Shown in pieces: positions 1 through 12,320 of a stretch of DNA of 64,000 bases (the stretch's first letter is position 1; each line of letters begins with the position of its first letter). The DNA comes from Spizellomyces punctatus DAOM BR117 (taxonomy: Eukaryota), in NCBI GenBank assembly GCA_000182565.2, contig KQ257450.1. The stretch is one strand, 5' to 3'. A program made the position numbers and the translations under genes. A model generated the notes under the pieces. That model did not search any database. It was not told where the DNA came from and was given only the letters and a program-made list of their open reading frames with translations.

Positions 1-3000
1 GTAAGTCATGTTTTCAAGAGCTTGTCGTTGCTGAACAGGCATACTAAAACAAAATATGAATTAAATGCCATAACCATTAACGAAATCGAATACACATACT
101 CTTTGATAAGCGTCAGATTCTGCTCAAAAACAATCAAAAGCAAGGCAATTGTTTCCCGTGTGATTTGCAAGAGTTCGTAAAGGTTATGCAGTGACTCTTG
201 TTCCGTCTGTGTTCATATTTAGCAAAACGTCGACAGCGCATTACCATGGGGTGCCACCAACCTTCCATGCCTCGCTATCAACAGCTTCTGGACGATTCTC
301 AGGAATAGGTGGTGCAGTAAGATTACTACGTCTAGCCACAAGAGTCATATCAGTGAACGCCAAGTAAAACAAAAATAAAGTCTCTTTAACCTACTGTCCA
401 AGGAAATCATTCAAACTCATCAAATTCATTTGCAAAGAAACGAGAGCATGCGAATCCACATTCGACACCACGTTGCGTGACCTATTCAGCAAGTTCAGTA
501 TCCCAATACCGTGCCATTAAAAAACATTGATGGAAACGTACACTTCAACGACAACTCTTTGTGCCCAGATGGGTTTCAATAGTCTGGAAAGATAGAGTGC
601 CAGTCCATTGTGTCGTCCACTGTACTTTATTTCCGGAGCGGGAACCGCGTGTCCTAGTGCACCGTTTGTGTCCATGCTGTTGCCTGTACAAATATCCTTT
701 TAGTCCAACAGTAGTTAGCTACCCATACCCTAGGGACACAGCAACATACTTGTTAGTGAGTCAGGACGATTTATAAAAGGCTGTCCTCCAAACTCGTCAA
801 AAAGACGACTCGCAATGACAACAACTTGATGCTGTCCATTAGGGGCATAATCTGCATAGAAAGTTCAAAAACTAGCTCAAAATGGTCCCACAAGTCCAAT
901 TCTGCAGCTTACCTCGAATAGCCTGATCAGCAGATCTGTGGAAACTCGGTCGTCAGCATGCTGGATCGTGCTAAACTTACGGCAAGAGGTACTTACGGAT
1001 GTCCACAAGCGATCGCAAGACACATGGCACACGCCTCTGCGGGACTATAAATATTAAAGAACTGCTGGTAATCCGCTGTACCATCTCCACCAGCCCGGTA
1101 GATCAATTCACACAATTGATCAATCGGTCGTAGTTTTGTCATGTGTCCGATACCTGCAATGATCGTTAATGTAGATCCCCGGAGAACACACGGTGAAAGT
1201 AACCGTACCTTCATTGGTAAGTAACCGAAAAGATCGCGCGGGAGACTCAAGTTGAGAGGCAAGTTCATTCAGAACCGTGCCCGTGTCGTCTTTTTTAGTA
1301 ATCCTGGACACGGGTCTTGCCGCCGGTTTTGGAATTTCAGTAATCTGCCACACCTTTCCTTGCTGATCTTCATATGATATACTATCTATCCACAACTTTG
1401 ACGGTGTCTGTCAAACCCCCAATATGTTAGGTTCTTGCATCGAGTGCCATAGTCCAACCAAAAAATACCTGAGCAATGGCCCCCGCATGCGGTTCAATAC
1501 CATATATACGATCCATATCCTGACTAACAGCATCAGCCATGATGAGAAGCCCATTGGTATACAGCCCCTCGTGAATGGCATTCTCCGACATCATGAATTT
1601 TTTGTTGGTTTCAAGAATGTGCACCAATTCCAAAGTAAATGGTTCTTTCTCTCCCTCAGAGGATCCGGTAATATCGCCAGTAGATTGTCGTCCATATACG
1701 GAAAAATACAGACGGTCGCCTGCAGGGTTCCGAAATAAACAAAGCGGTTATTGCGCGGTGCAAAAAGTTTGGGAGTAAGTTCCGCACTCGACGCACCAGA
1801 GGACGTTATGGCGACCAATTGAATCCGTCGCGACTCTGCCAATGTTACAGGGTAGAGTCCTTGAAGGATGACACCATCTTCCGAGGCAGCAGCACCGAGG
1901 GCACTAGCGACCACATCCCGAAGTACCTTGACTCGATGGAATCCTTTCCCATCACGACCGAGGTATATCATCTACATGTACAATAGCGCTTAGGAGTGTG
2001 CCCCAATAAGTTGCTCTGGATCTCCATCTCTGACGCACCTCGATATCATTCCTCTTTGAAATTGTATACAAGATCCGGCGCGATCGATCAAGAGCAACGC
2101 GTTCCACATCCCCTTCATTCGCAAAGTTCAAAAATGTGGGTGCGAACAGTGACAGAGCCGTCGCCGTATGATTCACCATGCGCATTTTTGGTGTAAACCA
2201 ACCCTCTTTTGCCTGCCCGCCGAGATCGCCATCCGTGGGTTAGGGTCATCGTCCCGCGTGCTCATTCAATTGCGACAATGTATTACCTGGTATTGTAACT
2301 CATATAGATGTCCATCGCCTCCCCTCATAAAGATGCGTCCCTGATCTGTGCCTACGATGTCTGTCATTGTCAGCCCATCAGCACTCAAAGTGAGATCCGT
2401 GTTATATATCGTCATTGGACTGGACGGATCGCCCTTTCTTGCAAATGCGAGACCGAGCAGGAAGATTTGAACGCGAGTAGTGACGACGAGTATGTACTCT
2501 ATCTGTTCCAAGAAGATGCCTACCGATGAACTGCATTCAATAACTGTTAAGAAACTCTGATATCGACATCCAGTCACATACCCGGTAAAGCCTTGACTAT
2601 TCCCACACTCGAGATCACCTGAACCTGTTCACCAAAGACATTGATAGCCTCCGGTCCTGAATCATTGTAGTTCCAAAGGTACAGTCGGGTGTCCATTGTA
2701 ACCCAAACACGGTTGATCTCGGGAAAGAACCCCATAAACGTCTTGCAAAGGACAGTATCGTAATGAGCGAGAATGTGATTGGGCAGGGGCACAAAATTGG
2801 CACCACGCAGAAACTTTAATGACCCAGTATCCTTCTTTTCGGCGTCTTTTGATAAGTCATCCCGTCGGCGATCTAGTAACTCGTACAAGTCCGGATAACG
2901 ATCACGTTGCATTTGCTCCTCAAGGACACCAGCAGCTTGTTGAAGTCGCTCGTGTTTCTTCATGGACGTTGTCTTCTGTTGCTGCTGCTTCTCTCCTTGC

Positions 3001-3113
3001 GGGGGATAGAGCCCAACTTGACCTGGGTCGTGACTAGGTGGCCTGTGGCCGACCATTCCCCCAGGGCCCTGCCGCTCGCCATAGTCGGCATAGCCGTAGG
3101 AAGCATACGACAT
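1..3113 (-). CDS. NUP170: Nucleoporin Nup170/Nup155 (multi-exon; 3' part runs off the window start)
   Basis: Exon ORFs carry family motifs: CKTFMGFFPEINRVWVTMDTRLYLWNY, GRIFMRGGDGHLYELQY, LVAITSSG.R.YF, YSPAEACAMCLAIAC. GT-AG introns join them. Confidence 0.92.
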
Positions 3114-3385
3114 GCCTCAACAGAATATCTTGGCAATTGGTCAAACAGCGTTAAAAACTAGATGGGGTGGGAGGGATGACCAGTTCGTTAAGTGGCAAGA
3201 CGGGGATGAAATGGAGAGCTGAGGATGAAAGTCCAGATCGAACCTTGCAAATGTCCCCCCGTCATGAACGCGCTCAGTCACGTGCTCGTGTCCTTGTTGC
3301 CTAGCTACGCTCAAGATGGGACGACCCGTCAGTTGCAAAACACTTTGGTGAGGAATTGAAGCGATCGCCACGTCCTGCCAGAAGC

Positions 3386-4969
3386 ATGCACCTACGAACG
3401 GCTCTTCGGGCTTGCGTACCTCGTGCAGGTCACACCTTACTTGCCTTGAAGCAACCTACTCGGCTTGTGGCTCCTCCCATACTCTTGAGCTTCAGGACTG
3501 CGTCCACCGAACCGGCTGCTAGGCGGGTGAGGGATGTCAATACTCTCGTAAAGGACCCTAATGCCTTCAAAGAATTCAAAAGAGCATTGGACCTTAACCG
3601 GTATACCGAAATCTGGAGATGGTATCGTGTCTTGTATCGAACAAGAGATCTAGAACGCTTGAGCTCCCGCGACTTTTACAAAGTTGTCCTATTGGTCAAA
3701 GAGAACCGCGTTTTCTTTGAACGCAACGATGCTGCTCGCGTACGTATTCTAAACCAGATCTGGACCGCCATGGCCAACTCGAAAATAAAGCCGGACCCGA
3801 CATTGTGCAAACTCTTTGTTGAACTTTATGGACGCGCCGGAGATCTGGCTAATTTGGAAAAAGTTCAGGCATATATGAAAGAGGCCGGTTTTCCTGTGCT
3901 TGAGAAGGGTGTTCAACAGTGGATCATGCTTGCAGCGGCGCGTACTGGGAATTTTGACCAAGCGCAGCGAATCTACGAATTCCTCAAAACCTCTGACGCT
4001 GAGCGTGACAGGGTATTGGCAAACTCGTTGTTGATGGGATACTCGCGAGGGAGATATGAGCAACCAATGTTGCAATTGTTTGAGGACATGAAGAGTTCAG
4101 GACCTGCCCCCGACAGCTTGTCGCACTACCATGTTCTAGACTACTACGCATCTGTCGGCAATATCGAAGAAATGGAAAAATGGTTTGCGATCATGCGCAA
4201 AATTTCCTCACGGCCATTGCAGTCCGCGTATAATGTCGCAATATATGCATATCTTGCTGCGAATCAGTTGGACAAGTCTCGCGAGCTTTTCAAGGAAGTT
4301 GAACAGCACAACTATGTTCCTGACTACCGACATGATGATCTGAAGGTTGCCCTTGCCGCCCATGAGGGCGATACAATCACAGCATGGAAGTCTTTTCGCC
4401 GGGCTTATGCCACAAGGAAGAAGGTGGCAAGTGTACAAGTCATGATCAACCTGGCCAAGGCGACAGGACCTGTCAAAGTGGAAGATTTAGAAGAGTTTAA
4501 AAAGACACTGGCTCTTGCCGAATATCCCATGACAGCGAACGTTCTCTCTTATTTGTTGAGAGGATATAGAGGTCTGCGCGATCCGGTGTCCGCGGAAACG
4601 GTCCTAAGGTGGATGGCTTCAAAGAAATGGACTACCCACGGTGGACACTATGCCGACGTTATCGGGACATACCTTGTACATGGTGACGTGGAGAACGCAA
4701 AGCGATTGTTCAACGAGGTTCGGGAGAAGGGACAGGGCATCGATAAGTACTCTTATGCAGCCTTGGTACGGCGGTGCGTGAAGGAAAACAAACTGGCCGA
4801 GGCGGCCCTTGTCCTAGACAACCTTGAGCGAGATGATATGTTCATCAGTGTAGGATTGGTAGAGTCCGTGCGGGAAACTTTGGGCGCGGAGCATGAGTTG
4901 GTGAAGAGGCTTACTGCACGTTTCGAAGAGAAAGTACAAGCTAGCAAGACAGCAAAAAAGACAGCGTAA
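3386..4969 (+). CDS. Pentatricopeptide-repeat (PPR) protein, probably mitochondrial; intronless
   Basis: ~35-aa PPR-like repeats (ANSLLMGYSRG...LFEDMKSSGPAPD, YNVAIYAY, YAALVRRC). Arg/Ala/Leu-rich N-terminus resembles a mitochondrial presequence. First ATG is at 3386. Confidence 0.85.
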   Translation: MHLRTALRACVPRAGHTLLALKQPTRLVAPPILLSFRTASTEPAARRVRDVNTLVKDPNAFKEFKRALDLNRYTEIWRWYRVLYRTRDLERLSSRDFYKVVLLVKENRVFFERNDAARVRILNQIWTAMANSKIKPDPTLCKLFVELYGRAGDLANLEKVQAYMKEAGFPVLEKGVQQWIMLAAARTGNFDQAQRIYEFLKTSDAERDRVLANSLLMGYSRGRYEQPMLQLFEDMKSSGPAPDSLSHYHVLDYYASVGNIEEMEKWFAIMRKISSRPLQSAYNVAIYAYLAANQLDKSRELFKEVEQHNYVPDYRHDDLKVALAAHEGDTITAWKSFRRAYATRKKVASVQVMINLAKATGPVKVEDLEEFKKTLALAEYPMTANVLSYLLRGYRGLRDPVSAETVLRWMASKKWTTHGGHYADVIGTYLVHGDVENAKRLFNEVREKGQGIDKYSYAALVRRCVKENKLAEAALVLDNLERDDMFISVGLVESVRETLGAEHELVKRLTARFEEKVQASKTAKKTA

Positions 4970-5103
4970 CGTAGAATCGATGTCAGTATGGGGGAAGAGG
5001 ATCGACAATATCCTAACGGTGTTATTTAGATTTGAGAATGTGCCTATTTCTCCCGAGTTATCGTTTTGAATCAAATCATGTAATAACGTAACGAAACAAG
5101 AAA

Positions 5104-6005
5104 CTATATTATCACAGCATTATCTCCTAATACTTCTGTGCTATCGATTTCATCCTCAACCCGCTGCTCGCGTTTAAGCTTCTCTCTTTCCTCTTTCATT
5201 TTGGAAGCCTTCAATAGTCCTTCTCGTTTCTTGCGCTCCATTCGGTGTTCTCGCGTCTCGACAAACTCTTTAGTGACCACCGGCCCGTCCACCAACTCTT
5301 TCATAACCATCTCTTGAAACCTTCCCATTTTGGCAAAATTTTCTATAAACTTGTCGTTGGCTAACCGACAAAGAAACTCTACATACTCTCTACCAACACA
5401 TAGCTCAACCTGTCCACGACGATATGTCCCAATCGGCACATCCAATTTCAATGTCCCTCGAATCTGTACGATAGATCGCTGGACCCCCGAGTTGGCATAA
5501 CCCGCCTGTAAGGCGACAGTAAGCAGCTCGGCCGCGGCTTCCGGCGAGCGGGTCAAAACATGCAGAATGAAGGGCTCGAACTTGAAGTATATAATGGGAT
5601 CTGATAGCGATGGAGCTGCATGGCAAAACTCAATTGAGGTGGGATGTGGATGGGTAGGAAAAAGGCTGGACCAAAGTCTTGTAGAGTCTTCTATTGGCAA
5701 CGGGTCGTGAGAGACAGAAAGCCATATGCCGCCTTTCTTGACTTTTTCAAGGGTCGATGGGTCCGCGTCGACGTAAATTGCAACTCTTCCTGAACAACTG
5801 GACGTTGTTACCAAGTCTTTGCTTGTGGTGTTACCAGATGAGTTGTGGTTGAAGCAGACCGCCAGCTGCCAAATGTCTAGACTTACCATTTGTTCACAAC
5901 ATCAAGCAGGGGTCGGACTGGTTCGTCTATGCTCCCCTTTGGAGACTTGTCCACTGCAAATGCAAGGATTTCTTTTTTACGAGCATCAAACGCTTCTGCT
6001 GTCAT
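5104..6005 (-). CDS. TYW3: tRNA wybutosine-synthesizing protein 3 (methyltransferase)
   Basis: Exon 1, read from the sequence, is MTAEAFDARKKEILAFAVDKSPKGSIDEPV..., followed by a gtaagt intron. Exon 2 has VTTSSCSGRV, W..VSHD and FKFEPFILHV, all TYW3 signatures. Confidence 0.92.
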
Positions 6006-6364
6006 GTTTGGTAGCAAAAGGACGACATACTTCAGCGATCGGATTGTTTTGCAAAGCATGTCACGTGATGAAGTCGTGAGTCTAATGATGACAAAGCACG
6101 ATCACAGTAATGTGCATCCCTAGTGTATTGGCATATCACATACAATGAACCAGGGTGGATTGCACCACACAACTGGCGACAGAATATTTCACTCATCCAG
6201 TTGTCCAATCGCATATATCAGACCCGTTTTCATGTTCATCGTTCATAATAAGTGCTGGCTGCTATAATACATGTATCCGAGTTACAGCATCGGCTACCTC
6301 GCTGTACACACCCTAAATAACCGTTGGGAATATATATCCCCCCAAAATCATATCTGACATAGTT

Positions 6365-7893
6365 TCAGGCACGACGTGATGAGCGCCGCTCAGCAGGGGG
6401 CCTTGGCAAGTCCACGGTAGCAGCCTCTACTCTTCCATGCTGCCGGAGCGTTGCAGTTGGTTGTGCACCAGACTGTGGCTCCCAAGACTGTGATGGTTGG
6501 CGGCCTGATTGAGATGTTTGGGCTTGCCTACTTCCTCCCAATCGCGTGGACCGCCGAACTCCATCCTGCAGCGAGACTGTACTTGTTTCCTCCATTCGTT
6601 GCTCCGCCATAGCTTCCGGGGGTGGGGAATCAGGATCAGATAGACATTGCTTTCCTTCATCAACCTCCGAAGTTGGCAAATCAGAATCAGAAAGATATAA
6701 CTTTCCTCCATTGATCTCCCCTCTCTGGTCGACCTCCTCGTCGCTTGTTGTATCAGTAATACATAGCTGTTGTTCATCAATGTCCTCCCTTTCATATTCT
6801 TCTTCTTCCTCTACATCGCTTTCCCCTAGTTCTTCTTCGTCCTCGTCCCAGCTATCTTCCTCTCCTTCCTCCTTCGCAGTGCTTCCATTGGCGTGAACAT
6901 CTTCCTGTGTAGCTTGCGACGGTTGATGCTGTCCTTGAAGCTTCTCTTGGTAGTATTTTTCGCGTCGAAAAGCAAATATGTGCTGCAATAAATCGATCAG
7001 AGAGCGTTCCATCTAATATATTTCGGAGGACATCCTATTCCCAGCTTACCGGTTCCGGATTGTGCAGCATGTAATGTACCCATCCAACCGACTGCTGAAT
7101 TCCAATCGCACGCCATTCATTTTCACTCAGCAGACGACGTTTGTGGGTCGCGGGGACCATTTCGTACAACGCTTTGGGCAAAATAACATGCCTGCAAGAT
7201 CATTGAAGCACATGCTTGGTAAGTACACTTCCTTTATCTGAACCCTTACCTTCCAACGTACCTATACTCAAAGGTATCACAATAGTATCTCGCTGAGTAA
7301 TGAATCTGCTCGATCAGCTCTTCAGCCCTCGGCGTGTCGGGCAGCACCAATTTAGGAAGCACAAAGTTGCTGACCGGGTTCGCAACTGGCTTCTGCTGTG
7401 CAGCCGTTTTCTGTTTCTTTTGCTGAGGAAGAGATGGAAGACTTGACTGCTTCTTGGGCTGAGGAACAGGGGCGGCACGAGTTGTATGTTTTCTAAGCTG
7501 GGGAACAGGAGGAAGAAGTTCCGATTGGTTCTTGTGTTGAGGAGCAGGGGCGGGAAGCGTTGTATGTCTCTTGAGCTGGGGAAGGGGAGGAAGAAGGTCT
7601 GTCTTGTGCTGAGAAGCGACATGACGGGTGGGGCGCGGGGGAAGATTTTCCTTCTCTGCGTTCATAGCATTATCCTTTTCGTCTACCCCACTGCTTTGTT
7701 CACGGTCGTCGCCATCATAATAATCATCGTCTTGCTCGTCACGACAGTCTGACTTCTGTGCCTTCGCGTGGGGCATATTAGCAGCACCGCCTGGGTTGCC
7801 GCCCTGCGGCCGCGACATCTGATACCGCCCACCGGGAACAGCTAGAGGCCGAGCAGCTGCAATGCCTCTGGTGTTTGTATTTCTTCCTATCAT
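6365..7893 (-). CDS. CKS (cyclin-dependent kinase regulatory subunit) domain protein with long low-complexity N- and C-terminal extensions; 3 exons
   Basis: Spliced core reads [21 protein letters not shown]...[35 protein letters not shown], which matches the Cks1/suc1 consensus. Introns start gtacgt (~7260) and gtaagc (~7049). Confidence 0.88.
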
Positions 7894-8325
7894 GATTTGT
7901 CTGGCCGTTCATGAGCGAAAAAATGGTCAGCTTAACAGTGCTAGTGCGAGCCCACCTACCTCGTTTGAATTTTCCAATTTTTTACTGACAATGTATGCAA
8001 AGTATGCTTCAACTGTGAAATATGCTTTCCTTACGCGCTCTTTCCCGATTGGTGGGGCTGCAGGAGCATTTCACACTTCAAGATGAAAGAGTTTGTAAAA
8101 ACCTGACCAACAAAGGTTTCAACGAGGTTGTCGGACATTCGATACAGCACGTGACTTTCATTCGGATGACTGTGCCGCAACTTGTCCAATTGTTGACCGT
8201 GTGTCCGAAGTCCGCCAGGCCATTAACATGCTTGACGTTGCAGCAAAGAGGGACCCGTTGGAGATGGCATCCTGTAGGATCTCTAATCCCTTGATATAAC
8301 AAATATGAATGTACAAGCGAGCATG

Positions 8326-10498
8326 TTATTTCAACAAAGGCGTTCTTTCATCCTCCACTACTAATCTGCTCTCTCGGTCTTCCCCGCCCTCGCCCAGTGT
8401 AATGTTATCCTTGCCCAGGGTGGGTGATGGAGGTATGGATGGAGGAGCAGATGACACACCGGACCCACCCACTTTCCGTCTCGACAATACTCCTCTGGAC
8501 TCTGGTTCAGCTGGATTCATGGGGGTGACCACCCAACCCGCCTCATGCAAACGTTCATCTCTCGAATGCTGCGGATCGACGGCCGTTGCGAAATAATCGA
8601 CAGATGACGGAACGTTATCAACATGATCGTCACCTTCTGATAATATATCTGGCTGTTCAGGTATTACTTTTGGGATTTCATTGTCTGCCGGGTCGGTACG
8701 GCTGGCCGATTCCGCTCGACGGCCTCTGCGAGTTGTAGGCTTGCCGGACGAGGTGGACTTTCGCCTTGTCGGAGTAATGCGCGGGGAAGGAGCATTACCA
8801 CTTGTCCGTTCTTGTTTTGTACCAACTGGGGTCAAGAGCTTTGCCAATGCTTTCGTAATAGGCGTCCGCATAACGGGTGTCTTGCTGTGTACATCAATAT
8901 ATTCGTCAGTCTCGTCAATAATTTCCTGAGCATATGTTTGCGAAATTAGCTATGAAGCAAAATTATGCAAGGTTCGGTAAAAAACTCACCTCCCCAATGA
9001 GCTCCTCAATCACGTCTTCCAAGGTGATAACCCCTAATATCTCGCGCTCTGATCTGTCAGGTTGTCCATTGATATCCAACCAATCATTCACCCTATATCC
9101 CGCAACAGCAGCCATGTGACTTCGGCCTTCTTGGAAAAAGTTGAGCATATCAAACAAACTTGTCTTATCGTCAACTATCGGGAGATATGTCAGAGGAAAA
9201 TCGTTGATACGCTTGGCTTTCTCCACATTGTATCCAATCAAACGCTTGACTAACAAGATTGCTACTAGATTGGATCGATTACGCTGGTAAACGGGCACAC
9301 GACTGTGGCCACGCCCAATGACCTGAAGATAACCACCCTTGGTGAGCCGGATTGCTGACGAGTTCGTTTCTTGGGAGACTAACCTGTTTTATCAGTTCCA
9401 CATCCACTACTTGAGATGCTTCCAACATGAACACGTCCTCTAATGGTGTCATTATTTGGCGCACAGTCTTATCCTTGAGGTCCAGCACCGCAGATATTAT
9501 ACCGACTTCGTCATGAATGAGTTCGCCTGATTGACCATTCCCTTCGTAGCCTTCCTCGTGCAGTGCGACCAGAGTTTTCAATTCTATAAGGTTCTTCAGC
9601 TGTCACAACTTTGAAGATGAGAAAGAAAGGGGAGATGAAACGTACGGGCACGAGCATAAATAGTTCCCTCTGAATGTCCGAGTAGGTAGTCCAGCAGCTT
9701 AGCAATAGGGTAGGCAACAGGGAATAGAATCCACATGCACACTCTGACCAGGGGCGTAAGCGTGGCGCCCACAGCAAGCCCATGTCGTGCACAAATTGCG
9801 TTTGGAATGATCTCTCCAAATAATACCACCAGCGCTGTTGAGATGATAATGGCGGCTAGTCCGCCCCCTACAATGGAGTGGAACAGGATCGGAAGCGTCT
9901 CATTGATGACCACATTGCCAAGGAGGAGTGTCGTCAAAACCCAATGTCCGTGTTTCCTGATAGGCTCAATCTTTGCAGCGTACTTCCTTTCTTTTTCAGT
10001 GCCACTGTTTTTCAGAATCTGTAAATTGGTCGTGTCCAGGCTCATAATTCCAATCGTCAAGCCTACCAGAACCAAGGTCAGTCGTTAGCCGGAAGAAGTG
10101 ATGCTATTTGAGTGAGCCCTACCAGCAAATATGCCACCTATAAGAACTAACACGATGGTTCCCGCGAGGGTATACCAAAAGCGCATACTTCTGGGCTTTA
10201 CAGGGGGTTCGTCTCCTTCATGTTCGAAAGTGGTGGTGTCACAATTTGCCAGGGTGCCATCGGCACATATGCACAACGATTCATCCTGTGCTGGGAGCAC
10301 AATCTTTCCTGGAGAAACAAGTGGGTTCAAGCAATGAGGAGTAGAAAAGTCCGCGCAGAGGCAGCCACTCCTCTCGAGGGTGAGAGGATATGGATTTGTC
10401 ACAACAGGGAATCCCCGAACGGTGGTGATGATCGACGTCATTAGCAGAAATAAACCAATGCCAACATTTCGAAAGGAAGCTCTGCATGTTCGGTCCAT
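8326..10498 (-). CDS. CNNM/DUF21 + CBS-pair membrane protein (Mam3-like metal transporter)
   Basis: GGIFAGLTIGIMSLD, HWVLTTLLLGNVVINETLP, VLFGEIIP, FQEGRSHMA and GVITLEDVIEELIGE motifs, plus an N-terminal signal/TM segment. Confidence 0.92.
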
Positions 10499-10723
10499 GG
10501 TAAGGGCGTACGTCTACCACCGCTAGAACGATTAGCGGGAATCTCGCAACACGAGCCTCCAAGTAATTTACAAGCGAATGGGTGATGAAAAGAGGCTTTT
10601 TCGTTGTCGGTCAATTATCCAAGATTTGATACGCGCCCATCAATCTTTTCAACGCAACGAGGCTTGTTCTTTTTTAAATACATTTCTATTTACAAAAGTA
10701 ATGATAAAATACATGAACGATCA

Positions 10724-12168
10724 TCACAATTTGCGTCGTTTTGCAGTAGGTTTGCTGAAGGATTGCTTCATTCCACCCAGTTTGCTCACTGTACGCTTGT
10801 TCAATTCCGATTTTTGGAACCATGGTGAATCCATCTACAGCAGAATGCAAAAAGGTTATTTGTGAGCACAATCGTAGAACTAGTGGAAAATCATACCTGA
10901 GATGTATCCTGATCTGCCAGGTGGGTATATTTGGTTTGTCCAGCCCTTCCAAAGTTCTTGACTTGCATAACTGCTGGTAAAACGGTTTTATCAAATTTAT
11001 CTTCCAATGTTGGCTCTGCGAAATCCCGCCGCTGAAGTGCTTTTCCGACGACATCGTCATCCACAAAAAAGGCACCCTTGTGATAATACTTTTGCAAGAA
11101 TCGATACTTTGACTTTTCCTTCGTCAATTGTCCCTCCTTCGCCTTCTCCGCCATTACTTCTTGGTCAGTCATGTTTCTTCGTCGCTCAATGTCAGCCTTT
11201 TCTGCTTCCCGTGAGTCTTTCTCTTCCCTATCCCGTTTGATTCGACGCAATTCGCGCAGTTTCCAAGCCAGATATTCCTCCTCTTCATTGATGCCATCTG
11301 TATCATCCACCTCCAAGGGCCCGTTTGAGACTTCTGCCGCCGCTTGCTCTTTCCTCAATTCTTCCGCGACCATGTCGTGTGACTCCTTTTTCCTCTCCTC
11401 CATCTGCTGTTGTTTTCTCGCTTCCGCTTCTTGCGCTTCCGCCTCCAAGCGTTCTTTCTCTAGGACGGTCTCTCGATGGTTCCTATACATCGACGTCAGT
11501 CAGCATAAACCGTAAAAAAGGTCTAAGTAAGGCATTCAGAAATATAATTTACTTTGGAATAAAAACGGGTTTTAGTAACGTTCGCGACGAGACTGGATCA
11601 TCCTCAGAGTCGGTTGTGTACTCTGATGTATATTCACTCTCTCCCTGTCATTACCCACCAAAATGGAATCGGTAAGGGTTTGAAGAAGCCGAAAAGGGTT
11701 CCTCAGCAAGCTACTTGCCTCCTCTTCCTCCTCGTCCTCCTGAGCTCCAAGCTGTTCCTCCTCCTCTTGCCTTCGTTTCAATGCTTGCTCTCGTATTCGT
11801 TGCCGACGTGCTGCTGTGGCGTCCTCGTCCTCATCTTCACTCTCCTCTTTCGGAAGTTCCGAGACTTCAGCTCCTCGCTCCTCCCGCTCCCGTCGTCTAC
11901 CAGGTCGCAGTTCGTCTTCATCATCCCGCTGTGCTCGAGTTTGCATGAGACGCATCAGTCTCCGATCCTTCTGTACAGCTTCATCCTGAATGGATAAAGA
12001 AACTTCCTGAATCTCCTGGTCGCCGCCCGCCTCTTGCCCTTTTGCTATAGACAGTTCTTCGTTGTCCGCTTCCGAGTCGCTCGAAGAGGCCTCCTCAGCC
12101 CCTTGTGGGGCCTTCCCCGGCCAGTATCGTACTGGGCGCGCGCGGGGTGGTCTTGCAACTGATGTCAT
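10724..12168 (-). CDS. MFAP1: Microfibrillar-associated protein 1 (spliceosomal B-complex protein; Spp381/Saf3-like)
   Basis: RYWPGKAP, EEEYLAWKLRELRRIKRDRE, FLQKYYHKGAFF and VMQVKNFGRAGQTKYTHL motifs. Last exon ends ...KRRKL*. Confidence 0.93.
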
Positions 12169-12235
12169 GTTGTGCTGAGAGGTGTGCTGCAAATGCTCAC
12201 TCACCGCGAGGGTCCGTAACGTTGCTCACCTACTT

Positions 12236-12255
12236 GTTGCCATAGAAAGCACGTG
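12236..12255. promoter_or_regulatory. X-box-like GTTGCCATAGAAAG abutting E-box CACGTG in the MFAP1/LRRC6 divergent promoter
   Basis: Both motifs are read directly in the 152-bp region between the two start codons. Function is inferred. Confidence 0.4.
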
Positions 12256-12320
12256 ATATATGCTTGTATAAGACGCGTTTAACTTGGTGTTTACAGTCAA
12301 AGTCGTTTTTGACAACCGCT

